This document shows, piece by piece, positions 40,267 to 54,339 of a stretch of 64,000 nt of DNA. Location: NCBI GenBank assembly GCA_028826165.1, contig JAPDFW010000103.1:868001-932000 (forward strand). Reading direction: 5' to 3'. The translations under genes and the position numbers were made by a program. The notes under the pieces were generated by a model. The model ran no database searches, had not been told where the DNA came from, and was given only the letters and a program-made list of their open reading frames with translations. Source of the stretch: Anaeramoeba ignava BMAN (taxonomy: Eukaryota; Protista; Anaeramoebae). Within the stretch, counting starts at the first letter, position 1. The number at the start of each line of letters is the position of its first letter.

Positions 40267-40872
40267 TTAAATTGTTTTTCTCCATTCAATATATTCATCA
40301 TAAGTGACTTGAACAATGGAAGATTGATAACGAGTGAGTTTAATAGATTCTTTAAAAGATTTACTAAGCTGGCCATAATAACCGGCTTTTCTAACAAGAT
40401 GTTTAATAGTTGTTTCTTTGTCCCAATTTTCTTCCTCAGCAACTTCAGGCAAAAAAGTAGCAGAATAGCCCGAACCGAAATTGATTTCAATACCATGTTT
40501 ACCAACTTCCCAATCAAGATAATTTTTTGCCTGTTCAAAATTAGTAAGAAGAGACACTGTACAACGTAAATAAGGCAATTCTTTTGACCCAACTGGAGAA
40601 AATCTGCTGTCGTGAAATGCTGAATATCTTGAGTATTTTATCAATGTTTCAATTAGCGGTTGTGACCCAAATGTTCCAATACATCCTCGTAACTCATATT
40701 CTTTGTCCCGTAATTTATCATAAGTTACAAATAACGGACAACTTACTTTTGGTAAGTCAAAAAGTTCTTTTTTCACTTCCGTTTTTTCAATAAATGTTTT
40801 AATTGCTTCAAAACATAAATATCCCATTTCTTTTGTTGCTTCTATACTTTTTGATTCAATTTTTGCTTCCAT
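40267..40872 (-). CDS. AMMECR1: AMMECR1 family protein
   Basis: CPLFVTY..LRGCIGTF, SAFHDSRFSP, CTVSLLTNFE, WEVGKHGIEI, SATFLPEVAEEENWD, LVRKAGY, LTRYQS. Confidence 0.93.
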   Translation of the reverse strand: MEAKIESKSIEATKEMGYLCFEAIKTFIEKTEVKKELFDLPKVSCPLFVTYDKLRDKEYELRGCIGTFGSQPLIETLIKYSRYSAFHDSRFSPVGSKELPYLRCTVSLLTNFEQAKNYLDWEVGKHGIEINFGSGYSATFLPEVAEEENWDKETTIKHLVRKAGYYGQLSKSFKESIKLTRYQSSIVQVTYDEYIEWRKTI

Positions 40873-41051
40873 CTCTTTTTTTTTTAATTGAAAAAAATGA
40901 ATAAAAAAATGAAAAATAATTTTTTCCACTTTTTAATTTTAATTTTTTTTTTTTTTTTTTTTCCAATTTTTTTTTTCTCCTTTTTTTTTTTTTAAATTTT
41001 CATTCTTTCATTTTCTTCTAAAATAATATTTCTTTTATCATATTTAATAAA

Positions 41052-44000
41052 ATGAATTCAAACACAAAAAAATCAGAAAAAACAAAACAAAACTCAAAAA
41101 AGTAACTCTTGCTATAAAAAAAAAAATTTCGAAAATAAATAAAAAAAATTAAATAAAAAGTGGATTAATTTTTCTTTCTTTAACTTCTCTTTTTTTTCAC
41201 TAATTTTATTCCAAAATAAAGTACCCAAAACACAGACATCATCATAGAACAAACCCCAAACACGAACAAAGACGAAGAAAATATTCTTGATTTCACACTG
41301 GCACTTGATTTTGTAAATGAAGTTGATCAAATTTTTCATGGTGACTCAAAAAAGTTTGAAGAATTTGATCAAATAATTCGCGAAATCAACAGTGAAAAAA
41401 CCAATCCTGTGCGTGCATATTTCCGTCTAATATATCTTTTAGAAAATAATACCGAGCTCCTTCAGAAATTAAATCACTTCCTTATTCCGGAATATAAGAT
41501 CGATGTTGAGCTCATTAGAAATCTGAATAAAACAATTGAAATGCTTAGAACAATAAAAGAACATTTGATTCCTTCTGATCTTGAACAATTCTATCGCGCG
41601 TATCTTGCAAGATACAATTACCCCAATTTAGAAAAAGATGTCAAAAATATTTTACAAAAATACAATAGAATTTCAATTGATTTTAAATCATTATTTTATT
41701 CAAGAAAAATTTTTCTTCATCTTGAAGACGAACGTTTAAACGCACTCACACAACTCAAGCAATTATCAACACCCTCACAATTCCAAAACCTACTCAAATC
41801 CCTGCATCTTTTCTCAATCAAAATTATAAATAGAAAATCACTTGATATTCTTATAGAAAATATTTTTAAAGATTTTCCAGATTGTTTAAATTTCGCAAAA
41901 TTTTTAATTCCTCCTCCTTTATCTGTATTTGATATCAACATCGATTCCCTTCCCAAAATTACCAGTTCATATTATAAACTTCCAAATAATGTAATCATAT
42001 TATAAAATGATATTCAATTTTTTTTTAATCAAAATGAGATCAAAAAATTTCGAAATTCCATTTTAAAAATTTAAAATTTAAAATTTAATTTTAATTTAAT
42101 TTAAAAAAAGAAGAAAAGAAAATTTTTTTTTTTTTCATTTTTTCTTCTTTTAAAAAAAAAAAATCAACAACTTTATTACTTTAAATTTTTAATAATTTTA
42201 TTCTATTTAAAGATGAACTTTCCTTCCGCAAATATTCTTTCCAAAGAAATAAACACACAAATTATAAGTGAATCTCCAATTAAAAAGCTTTTTCCAAATG
42301 AAGAAATGAGATCTACAAATTTGATGGTTTCTTTAGAAGAAAATTTAACACAACCTGATATACTTATAAATATGGCCGATACTCTTCTTGATTTCATGAA
42401 TCAAATTGCAAGCAAGACGTCTAATATTAATGATCTCATTAATCAAATTCGTAAATCAATTTACATTCCACTTTTTATCTTTTTATCAGCTAAACTAATT
42501 GCCATTTATTTACCCCTTTTTTTTATATTTACAGTTGCAAAGTTTACACAACCTCAATATAAAGAGTTTTTAAATGTGGGAGGAAATGGTCTCCTTATTT
42601 TATTGGACAAAATCAAAGATTCAAATCAAAAAACTTTTTTGCAATTGTTTCATTATTTATTTTTTGATCTTGTTTCAAAAAAACAGTATCTTTTACAGAA
42701 TAGAAAAGCTATTTTCCACCAGATTCTTTTTAATCAATCTCAACGTTTAGTTTCTCAACTTACCGATCTAATTAGCTCTCTTCATGATAGATATTTTCGT
42801 TTTTTTTCTCGAGAATGTAAATTATTAATTTAATAATTAATTAAATAATTTTTTTCTTTTTTTTAAAATTTAATTTTGTTCTCCTTTTTATTTATTTATT
42901 TTTATTTATTTATTTATTTATTTATTTTTAGATCGATTTTCTTCTTTTTTTAAAAATTTTTATCAAAAAAATCAAAATTTCGAAAAATTTTCGTTTTTCT
43001 CCTTTTCGCGTTCTGAAAAAATTTATTCTTTAAACGATCAAGAAACAATGATTGAACTGTTTGATACAATCAATAGACTGAATCAGAAACCAAATTTTTT
43101 AATTCAAATTCTGACAAAAATTATTCAAAAAAAACCCAACTATGCAAGATTTATCCCAAATTTCCCAAACAACAAAGACACAATCTCTCATGGCCCAAAG
43201 ATGAACCATCTTTCATCTCATCATCCAACTTCTTTTCTATATCAAATGAACCCTATTATTGTTCCTTTTAACGAACCAACTAGAAATAATCCAAATCAAT
43301 TCTTTGCATTCCAAAATAATTTAATTTCATCACAAATTTTTTCGCAGAATCAAATTGCATCAATTTCCTCTCAAATTTCTACAATCATTAATATCTTTTC
43401 TTCTCTTTTCATTTCCAAAAAGAAAACACAAAAAAATCCAGTTTTTTCACCTATTAATTTATTTTCAAAAAATTCAGACTTTTTAAATTCTGATAATAAT
43501 TTTTCTGAAAAAATCAACATTTCTCAACAATCTCAAAATGAAAACATTGATAACCGTCTTCTTGATAATCAAGAGAACCAAAATAATGAATCAAATTCTG
43601 TAAACAAATTAATTTTTATTACTCAAAAACAACAAAAACAAAAACAAAAACAACTTTTTTAACTCATTTCTTTTAAATTTTCATTTCAATTTTTTAGTTA
43701 TCAATTTTTTTTGGAAATTTCAAACTTTATTATGTAATTGAATTAATTCGGATTCTCTACAAAAAATTATTTAAAATTAAACAATTTCTTCAAGAAAAAT
43801 ATGATTCAAAAAATTCTGGATTTAAATTTTTCCTTAAAATTCTGAAAAAAAAACTCAAAAGAAAATCCCAAAAGCTCTTTATTTTGATCAATTTTTCATA
43901 CTTTTTGGCAAAGATTATTTCAAGTTTTGTTTTTTACACAAAGTTTTCAAACTAATTTTTCAAGAAATTTTACACAATTCATTTTCAACAAAATCAAAAC

Positions 44001-44431
44001 AATTTATCAAATTATTTGAATATGAAAATTTGAAAAAGGAGAATTCACTTGAAGATTATTTTTTGCATAGTCTTTCTATTAACAATCCCAAGCGCAAGCT
44101 TTTTCAATTTTCTTCTGAAATATCCAAATCAAATGTCCAATTCAAAATTATTTTTTTTCATGTTCTTAATTTTTCTCAAGAATTGGAAGAAATTGATGTT
44201 CAAAATATCATGAAAACAAAAAGGCATCGAAAATTTGTATCAAAGTTTTCTATCAGGAAGAAATATCCTTCTTATTCTCTTTTCTTACCTAGGAATTTAC
44301 CTTCAAAAATTTCTATGAAAGGAATAATTACTCGAAATTCTCTTGAATTTTTTATTTTATATCGAAAAATACATTATTTAGTATCAACTGAAGATTTTTT
44401 TATTCGTTTTGGTTGCTTAAAGAAAAATTAA
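41052..44431 (+). CDS. Divergent Sin3-like corepressor (PAH domains plus Sin3 C-terminal motif), multi-exon
   Basis: PAH-like ALDFVNEVDQIFHGDSKKFEEFDQII..LLENNTELLQKLNHFLIP. Another PAH FQNLLKSLHLFS..IFKDFPDCLNFAKFLIP followed by ITSSYYKLP. C-terminal KIHYLVSTEDFFIR. Internal exon boundaries are uncertain. Confidence 0.6.
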
Positions 44432-44948
44432 TTAAATATAAAATATAAAATATAAAATATAAAATATAAAATTTAAGATTTATTAAAAAATTTAAAAAAT
44501 TTAAAAATTTAAAAAGATTTAAAAGATTTAAAAGATTTAAAAAATTAAAAAATTTAAAAATTTAAAAGATTTAAAAAATTTAAAAATTTAAAATATAAAA
44601 ATTTAAAAATTTAAGATTTAAAAATTTAAAAAGATTTAAAAAGATTTAAAAAGATTTAAAAAGATTTAAAAAGATTTAAAAAGATTTAAAAAGATTTAAA
44701 AGAGATTTAAAAAGATTTAAAAAGATTTAAAAAGATTTAAAATGATTAAAAAGAGATTTTGTTTTATGTGTTTTATAAAAGTAATAATATTTTTTTTTTA
44801 ATAAAATTTAATTTTAAATTTTTTTATTATTATTTTTGTTCCACTTTTTTTTTAAACAGAAAGAACAAAATAAGAATTTAAAAAGAATTGAATTCCAAAA
44901 ATTAAAAAAAGAAAAAGATTGTTTTTTTAAAAAAAATTATAAGTTGTT

Positions 44949-45982
44949 TTAACAACAATTTGAAACTGATTTTTTCTTCATTTTTCCAACATTAATAAAT
45001 TTCTCTTTTGGAATAACAATTGGTTTATTCATATTAGCTCTAATATCTTCTGCTAATTTATCAAAAGCTTTTTCAACATTATAAGAATTTTTTGCACTTG
45101 TTTCCAAAAAAGAAATATTATGTTGATCTGCAAAATTTTTGGCAGTTTCATAATCAACAACTCTTTTGTCTTCAAGATCAGCTTTATTTCCAATTATCAA
45201 TTTAACAGCATCTTTATCTCCATGTTTTTGAATCTCTCCCATCCACATTGTTAAATTTTGGAATGATTCTCCATCTGTTACATCATAAACCATAACAATT
45301 CCTTTTGCTGCTCTAAATTTTTTAAAGAAAGAAAAAAAAAATTTTTTTGATTAGTTCAACTTTTTAATCCAAATTTTTCCTTTTTTTTAAAATATTTTCT
45401 TTTTACCTATAATAACTACTTGTAATTGTTCTAAATCTTTCTTGTCCTGCTGTATCCCACTTTTTTTTGTTTAAAATTAAAAATTAAATTAATTCCAAAA
45501 AAAAAAACAAACAAAGAAAGAAATTTATTTTATTTTTCTTACAATTTGTAATTTAACTCTTTTTCCATTTTGTTCAATTGTTCTAATTTTCTATTATTTT
45601 TTTTGTTTATTAAAATTAATTTACAATTTTTTTAATTAATTTAAAATTAAAATTAACTTACAAAATCAACTCCAATTGTTGAAATATGTGATGAAATAAA
45701 AGTATCATCCTATTTTTTAAAAAAGAAAAGAAAAAAAAAAAGTGGAACAAAAATTAAAATCAAAAATAAAAATCAATCAAAAAATCAATTAAATATTTTA
45801 CTGCAAATCTAACAAGTAAACAACTTTTTCCAACTCCTAATAATTTAATAAATTAAAAAATAAATAAAAAATTAATTAAAATTTTGTTCTCCTTTTTTTT
45901 CTTTTTTTCTTTTTTTAAATTTACCTGAATCTCCAATAATTAAAATTTTAAATAAGTAATCATAATCATTCATAAAGTCCAT
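44949..45982 (-). CDS. RAB1: Rab1-like small GTPase, 6 exons
   Basis: Spliced [93 protein letters not shown]. Confidence 0.9.
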
Positions 45983-46304
45983 TTTTATTTTTTTGTTTTT
46001 TAAAAAATTTAAATTTAAATTTAAAAAAAAGATTAAAAAAAAAAGAATGAAAAATAAAATAATTAAAAAATTTTTTTTCTTTTAAAGATTTATGAAAAAA
46101 AGTATTTTCCAAAAATTAAAATTAAAAATAAAAATAAAAATAAAAATAAAAAACGTTTTTTGATAAAACGTTTTAATTAAAATTAAAATAAAAAGTGGAA
46201 AAATAAATTTTAAATTTTTTTTTCTCCTTTTATTTTAATAATCAAAAATAAAAATAATAATAAAAATCAACATTTTCTTTCCACTTTTTTTTATTTATTT
46301 TTTT

Positions 46305-47502
46305 TCAACAACAATTAGATTTTTTATCAATTTTAGTATTTTTATTTGAAAGAGGAATAATTTCTTTTTTTTCATTTGTTTCTTGATTTGAATTTTTAGG
46401 CATTAATTCAGCTTTTTTATATTTAAAAATTTTAAATTTAATTTTTTAATTTAATTTTTTAATTTTTAATTTTATTTACCAATTCTAAAAAATAATTCTT
46501 GAATATATTCTCCTGTTCTTGCAGAAGTTTCTAGAAAAAGAATTTGATATTGATCTGCTAATTTTTGAGCTTCTTTTCTTTTAATTTCTCGTTGTTCTGA
46601 AAGATCTGATTTATTTCCAACTAAAATTATAATAATATCATTTGGTTGTGATTTCATTTCTAAAATCCAATCTTTTGCAATATTAATTGTTTCCTTTTTA
46701 TTATTTTTGAATAATTAAATATATATTTTTTGGAATTGAATATATATTTTTGGATAATTAAATATATATTTTTGGAATTGAATATTTGATAATTAAATAT
46801 ATTTTTGATAATTAAATATATTTTTGATAATTAAATATATTTTTGATAATTAAATATATATATTTGATAATTAAATATATTTTTGGATATTTAAATATAT
46901 ATTTTTGGATAATTAAATATATTTTTGGATTGGAATATTTGATAATTAAATATATATTTTTGGATTGGAATATTTGATAATTAAATATATATATATATTT
47001 TTGATAATTAAATATATATTTTTGATATTTAAATATATATATATATTTTTGATAATTAAATATATATTTGGATAATTAAATATATATATTTTTGGATAAT
47101 TAAATATATATTTTTGGATTTACTTGTTGAGTTATATCATAAACAATAATTGCAGCTTTTGCATTTCTATAATAAATAGGTGCTAAACTATGAAATCTTT
47201 CTTGACCTGCAGTATCCCAAATTGCAAAATTTACGTTTCGATCAGGAAGTTTTACTGTTTTTGTTATACATTGTGCTTTATTATTTGAGAAAAAAAAACA
47301 ATTTTTTTCAATTTTGATTCATTTTTATTCTTAATTTGTTTTCATTTTCATTTTCATTTTCCTTTTTTTTTTTACCTCCTATTGTTGATAATTGACATTC
47401 TAAAAATTCATTTTGTGTAAATCGAAGAGCCATTGATGTTTTTCCTACTCCTGTATGTCCTAAAAGAACAACTTTATATGCACTTGTTGAAGCTATTGCC
47501 AT
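46305..47502 (-). CDS. Rab5/Rab21-group small GTPase, 4 exons
   Basis: [72 protein letters not shown]-terminal SNCC. Confidence 0.88.
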
Positions 47503-47920
47503 TAAATTAAAATTTGAATAAAACAAATTGAAAAATAAAAAAAATTGAAAAATAAAAAAATGAAAAATAATATTTCTATTTAAAAAAAAGTGGAATCAAA
47601 ATCAAAATCAGAATCAAAATCAAAATCAAAATTCAAAATCAAATTCAAATTCAAAATTAAAATCAAATTCAAAATCAAAATCAAAATTCAAAATCAAATT
47701 TAAAATCAAAATCAAATTCAAAAATAATAAGATTTCTATTTAAAAAAAAGTGGAATAAATTCAAATTTCAAAATTAAAATAAAAAGAGAAATATTTCTAT
47801 TTAATATTTAATTGAAGAAATTTAATTTAAAAAAAAATAATTTTTTATTAAAGTGAGAACAGGGAAAAATTTTAATTTCATTTTTCATTTCATTTTTTTA
47901 TTTCATTTTTTTATTTAAAA

Positions 47921-49303
47921 ATGTCAGATGGTGAAATTATGATGGGAGCTCAAGATATTGGAAATTTTCGAGCTCAAATTGAACAAACCAAAACAATTGA
48001 TACAAATTCAATAACATATAAAGGAATTTTTTCTGAATATTTTTTTTATTGTGGAAAACAAGAAGAAAAAGAATTGTTAACAACAGATACATCAACAGCA
48101 ATAACAATGAATCCATTAACAAAAGAAAAAGAATATTTTTTATCATTTGGATTAAAATCAAAATATGATGGAGAAGGAATTAAAAAATATGGAAGACCAT
48201 CTTTAAATCTAATGATAATTCTTGATATTTCAGGTTCAATGAGTGATTCATTCAGAACTGATAATGATTTAAATGAAAATGAAAAAATTGCAAGTAAATT
48301 GGAAATTGCTAAAAGAGCAATAATTGGATTACTTTCTCATTTAAATGATTCAGATAATTTTGGAATGATTTTATTTGATTCAGTTGCAGAAATTTTTGAA
48401 AATTTTGGAAATTGGAAAGAAAAAAATAAAGAAGATATTTTGGAAAGAATGAAAAGTTTGAAACCAAGAGGTGGAACAAACATGGAAAAAGGATTATCAA
48501 AAGGAGCAAAAATAATCCAAAAATTTATTGAAGAAAATCAAGAAGATAAAACAAGAGAAAGTCGAATTATGTTTTTAACTGATGCTCAACCTAATTTAGG
48601 AAGAGGAACAGGAACATTGATTGATTTAATTGAAAAATATTCAGAAAAAAGATTATTTATTACTTTTATTGGAGTTGGACTTGATTTTAATACTGAATTA
48701 ATGGAAATTCTAAGTAAAATCAAAGGAACTAATTATTTTTCAGTTCAAAGTTCATCTGAATTTCTAAGAAAAATGGATAATGATTTTGATTATATTGTTA
48801 CACCTATTGTTTATGATTTAATTGTGAAAGTTGAAGGTGCTAAAATCCTTAATATTTATGGTATTCCAAATTCAGAAGATGCTAAAAATACTATTGTTAC
48901 TAAAATTCTCACTATTATGCCAAGTAATTATAATGAAAAAAATGAATGTAAAGGAAGTTGTTTCTTATTAAAAATGGATCCAAGTGTTTCTGATGGAATT
49001 CCTTTAAATATTTCATTATCTTTCAAAGATAAATTTGGAAATCCATTTGATCAAAAACATTCAATTATTTTCCCTAATTTTAATGAAAAAGAAGAAAATA
49101 TTCAAATTTTTGAAGATTCAAGAGTTAGAAAAGCTGTTTTATTGATTAGATTTGTTGATTTAATGAAGAATTTAGATTTGAATAAAGATGAAAGCAAAGA
49201 AAAAGCAAGAAAATTTAGTGAACATTTAATTTCTGAAATGAATATTATTGGAGATGAACAATTAAAAAAAGAAAATGATTTAATTCAAATTTTATTAAAT
49301 TAA
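47921..49303 (+). CDS. Intronless von Willebrand factor A (vWA) domain protein
   Basis: MIDAS motif LDISGSM, GGTNM and MFLTDAQPN, plus GVGLDFN. Confidence 0.88.
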   Translation: MSDGEIMMGAQDIGNFRAQIEQTKTIDTNSITYKGIFSEYFFYCGKQEEKELLTTDTSTAITMNPLTKEKEYFLSFGLKSKYDGEGIKKYGRPSLNLMIILDISGSMSDSFRTDNDLNENEKIASKLEIAKRAIIGLLSHLNDSDNFGMILFDSVAEIFENFGNWKEKNKEDILERMKSLKPRGGTNMEKGLSKGAKIIQKFIEENQEDKTRESRIMFLTDAQPNLGRGTGTLIDLIEKYSEKRLFITFIGVGLDFNTELMEILSKIKGTNYFSVQSSSEFLRKMDNDFDYIVTPIVYDLIVKVEGAKILNIYGIPNSEDAKNTIVTKILTIMPSNYNEKNECKGSCFLLKMDPSVSDGIPLNISLSFKDKFGNPFDQKHSIIFPNFNEKEENIQIFEDSRVRKAVLLIRFVDLMKNLDLNKDESKEKARKFSEHLISEMNIIGDEQLKKENDLIQILLN

Positions 49304-50260
49304 AATAAAATTCAAATTCAAATTCAAAATCAAATTCAAAATCAAAATCAAAATCAAAATCAAAATCAAAATCAAAATCAAAATCAAAATCAAAATCAAA
49401 ATTAAAATTCAAAATCAAAATCAAAATTTAAAATCAAAATTAAAATTAAAACCAAATTCAAAATCAATTCAAAATTAAAATTAAAATTAAAATCAAAATC
49501 AAAATCAAAATCAAAATCAAAAATCAAAATTCAAATCAAAATTCAAAACCAAAATCAAAATCAAAATCAAAATCAAAATCAAATTCAAAATCAAAATCAA
49601 AATCAAAATTAAAATTCAAAATTCAAAATCAAAATCAAAATCAAAATTAAAATTAAAATTCAAAATCAAAATTCAAAAATCAAAATCAAAAATCAAATTC
49701 AAAATCAAAATCAAAATCAAAATCAAATTCAAAATTAAAAATCAAAATCAAAATTAAAATCAAAATCAAAATCAAAATCAAAATCAAAATCAAAATCAAA
49801 ATAAAATTCAAAATCAAAATCAAAATTAAAATTAAAATCAAAATTAAAATTAAAATTCAAAATCAAAATCAAAATCAAAATCAAATTAAAATCAAAATTA
49901 AAATTAAAATTCAAAATCAAAATCAAATTCAAAATCAAAATCAAAATCAAAATCAAAATCAAAATCAAAATCAAAATCAAAATTAAAATTAAATTAAAAT
50001 CAAAATCAAAATCCAAAATTAAAATTAAAATAAAAATCAAAATTAAAATCAAATTCAAAATCAAATTCAAAATCAAAATTAAAATTAAAATTCAAAATCA
50101 AATTAAAATTAAAATTTAAAATCAAAATCAAAATGAAAATCAAATTCAAAATTAAAATCAAATCCAAAACTAAAATCAAATTCAAAATTAAAATCAAATT
50201 CAAAATTAAAATTAAAATCAAAATTAAAATCAAATTCAAATTCAAAATCAAATTTAAAAT
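49304..50260. repeat. (AAAATC/AAAATT)n intergenic microsatellite
   Basis: Direct reading. Confidence 0.9.
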
Positions 50261-50332
50261 AATAAGGAAAAATAAACAAAACACGAATTTTTTTTTTCAT
50301 TTTTTTTTTCATTTTCTATTTTTTAAAATAAA

Positions 50333-53300
50333 ATGTCTGAATTCCAAGCTCAAGAAGATATTAATGGTCTTCGTTTTTCATGGAATATTTTTCCTAATTC
50401 CAGACTTGATGCAACAAGATGTGTTGTTCCTGTTGGTTGTCTTTTTACACCTTTAAAATCTTTAAAAGATAGAAAACCAGTAAAAAAAATTTTTTTTTTC
50501 AAACTAAATTAAATCCAATAATAAATTTATAAATAAATTAATAATTAAATTAATAAATAAATTAATAAATAATTTAATAAATAAATTAATAAATAAATTA
50601 ATAAATAATTTAATAAATAATTTAATAAATAAATTAATAAATAATTTAATAAATAAATTAATAAATAAATTAATAAATAATTTAATAAATAAATTAATAA
50701 ATAAATTAATAAATAAATTAATAAATAAATTAATAATTAAATTAATAAATAAATTAATAAATAAATTAATAATTAAATTAATAATTAAATTAATAAATAA
50801 ATTAATAATTAAATTTATAATTAAATTAATAAATAAATTAATAATTAAATTTATAATTAAATTTATAAATAAATTAATAAATTAATAATTAAATTTATAA
50901 TTAAATTTATAATTAAATTTATAATTAAATTTATAAATTAATAAATAATTTAATAATTAAATTTATAATTAAATTTATAAATAAATTAATAATTAAATTT
51001 ATAATTAAATTTATAATTAAATTTATAATTAAATTTATAAATAAATTTATAAATAAATTAATAATTAAATTTATAATTAAATTTATAAATAAATTTATAA
51101 ATAAATTAATAATTAAATTTATAATTAAATTTATAAATAAATTTATAATAAATTAATAAATAAATTAATAAATAAATTTATAATTAAATTTATAATTAAA
51201 TTAATAATTAAATTAATAATTAAATTTATAATTAAATTTATAATTAAATTAATAATTAAATCAATAATTAAATTAATAAATAAATTAATAAATAAATTAA
51301 TAATTAAATTTATAATTAAATTTATAATTAAATTTATAATTAAATTTATAATTAAATTTATAATTAAATTAAATTTATAATTAAATTTATAATTAAATTT
51401 ATAATTAAATTTATAATAAATTTAATAAATAAATTAATAAATAAAAAAAAAAATAATAAATAAATTAATAAATAAATTAATAAATTTATAAATAAAATAA
51501 ATTAATAAATAAAATTAATAAATAAAATTAATAAATAAATTAATAAAATAAAATTAATAAATAAAAATAATAAATAAATTAATAAATAAATTAATAAATA
51601 AATTTATAATTAAATTTATAATTAAATTTATAATTAAATTTATAATTAAATTTATAATTAAATTTATAATTAAATTTATAATTAAATTTATAATTAAATT
51701 TATAATTAAATTTATAATTAAATTTATAATTAAATTTATAATTAAATTTATAATTAAATTTATAATTAAATTTATAATTAAATTTATAATTAAATTTATA
51801 ATTAAATTTATAATTAAATTTATAATTAAATTTATAATTAAATTTATAATTAAATTAATAATTAAATTAATAAATAAATTAATAAATAAATTAATAAATA
51901 AATTAATAAATAAATTAATAAATAAATTAATAAATAAATTAATAAATAATTTTATAATTAAATTAATAATTAAATTTATAATTAAATTTATAATTAAATT
52001 TATAATTAAATTTATAATTAAATTTATAATTATATTTATAATTAAATTTATAATTAAATTTATAATTAAATTTATAATTAAATTTATAATTAAATTAATA
52101 ATTAAATTTATAATTAAATTTATAAATAAATTAATAATAAAAGTTGAATTACGCACCTGTAACTTGCCGAAAATGTTATTCAGTATTAAATCCATATTCA
52201 GTTGTAGATTTCGCATCGAAATCATGGACATGCAATTTCTGTTCACAAAGGAATCAACTTCCGCCTGGATATAACGATATCAGCCAGACGAATCTTCCCG
52301 CAGAATTATTACCACAATACTCAACAATAGAATACAAACTCCCAAGAGCGAACGCACCAATCCCCGCATTTTTATTTGTTGTGGATATTTGCACAGAAGA
52401 AACAGAACTAGCAAATCTAACAAACACACTAACACAGGCATTAAGCATTCTCCCACAAGAAACACAAGTGGGACTTATAACTTGTGGCACAAACGTTCAT
52501 GTTTATGATCTTTCAGAAACAGAATTCAAAAAATCAATTGTTTTACGGGGATCCAAAAAATACACAACCGCACAAATACAGGAGTTGCTTGGATTGCAAG
52601 CGCAGCGGGTGATGCCACAAAACCAAAATCAGAACCAGCAAACACAATACAGAGGAAACATCTCAAGATTCCTCCAGCCAATAAACGAATCTGAGTTCTG
52701 CATCTCATCGATTCTTGAAGAACTCAAACCAGACGGTTTCACAGTAGAACCAGGAAACCGCCCTCTTCGCTCAATAGGCACAGCTCTTTCAACCGCGATT
52801 ACTCTCCTCTCTTGTCGTTACGGAAGTGGAAGAGTCATTTTCTTCGGGTCAGGTCCTGCAACAAACGGCCCAGGCGCTATTGTTGATGTTGATAAAAAAA
52901 AGCCAATCCGTTTCCATCACGATATTTTCCAATCAACATCAAACAGCATTTATGTAAAGGAAGCGTTTAATTATTACACAGAACTCGCTGAAATTGCTCA
53001 CAAACACGGTATTGCTGTCGATCTTTTCTCTTGCTCACTCGACCAGATAGGCATCCATGAAATGCGGAATCTCTCCAAAAAAACCGGCGGTTTAATCCTT
53101 GTTACCGATAAGTTCGACACAGACATGTTCCGCGACTCCTTCCGAAAATTAATATCCCAAGCAATCGTCCTTACAAACGATTCCTTGGAAAAAACTGACA
53201 ATACTTCCTCCAAAAACCCTATTCTTCTCTCTTTCGATGCTACAATAGACGTCTATACATCAAGAGAACTTAAAGTCGCAGGAGCAATCGGCAACTGCGA

Positions 53301-54339
53301 ATCACTCAAGAAAAAATCTCCCTTCGTCTCAAATATGAAGATTGGCACTGCAGATACTTCTGCTTGGCGCGTGTGCGGAATTGACTCCGCATCCACTCTC
53401 GCCTTCTATTTCGAGGTTGTCAATCTCCACAACTCGCCAGTCCCACCAGATCGCATTGGCTCCATTCAATTTCTCACAACATACCACACCTTTTCGGGTG
53501 AATGGATCATGCGTGTTACTACTTCTCCTCATCGATTCGCAAGTCTAGAGAGCCAAATTGACAACATCATTCTCGGTTTCGACCAAGAGGCTGCTGCTGT
53601 TCTTATGGCTCGATACGCCATATTCAAAAGCGATACAGAACTCCCTCAAACAATTATTCGTTGGCTCGATAAAACTCTTATTCAGCTCTTTAGCAAGTTT
53701 GCAAACTACCAAAAAAATCAGCCTGATTCGCTCTCAATATCCCCCAAATTCTCAATATACCCCCAATTCATGTTCCACTTTCGCCGTTCAAATCTTCTCA
53801 AGGTGTTCAACAACTCCCCAGACGAAACAGCTTTCTTCAGACATTATCTTCTCAGAGAAAACACTTTCCACTCAATCCTCATCATACAACCAATGCTTCA
53901 ATCGTATCCCCTCGATAAAAGCCCTTCTCCCGTTCCTCTCGACAGCTCAAGCATCCAAAAAAACGTTGTTCTTCTTTTCGATTCCTTTTTCCTCGTTCTT
54001 GTTTTTCATGGAAAGGATATCGCCGCTTGGATCAAACAAAATTTCCACGAACAACCCGAATACCAATCCTTCAAACTTTTCCTCGAAATCCCTAAAGGAG
54101 ATGCTAATGTTCTGATGGAAAATCGCTTCCCTCGTCCTCGATATGTTGTTTGCAACCAAGGAGATTCCCAATCCCGCTTTCTTCTCTCAAGATGCAATCC
54201 CTCAAAAACTCACTCAAACTCTCAAAATCAAATCATGCAATCTCACCAAAATCCTCAAGAAAATCAAGTCATTTTAACTGATGATGCAAGTTTCCAATAT
54301 TTCTATAATTTCTTAAAACGACTTGTTGTTCAAGGCTAA
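50333..54339 (+). CDS. SEC23: COPII coat subunit Sec23, 2 exons
   Basis: Exon 1 50333-50479 ([22 protein letters not shown]), intron 50480-52143. Exon 2 has Zn finger [61 protein letters not shown] and ILTDDASFQ. Confidence 0.97.
50520..52140. repeat. 12-bp AT minisatellite (TAATTAAATTTA/TAAATAAATTAA) filling the Sec23 intron
   Basis: Direct reading. Confidence 0.95.

Noticed and set aside
47921-49303. Possible intein/Hint insertion in the vWA protein or other ORFs
   Set aside because: No C-F/L...HN-C/S/T intein signature or unexplained insertion was seen.
52144-54339. Higher-GC Sec23 exon as a horizontally acquired island
   Set aside because: Sec23 is a core eukaryotic gene spliced to a typical AT-rich first exon, and the same GC rise appears in other long exons.
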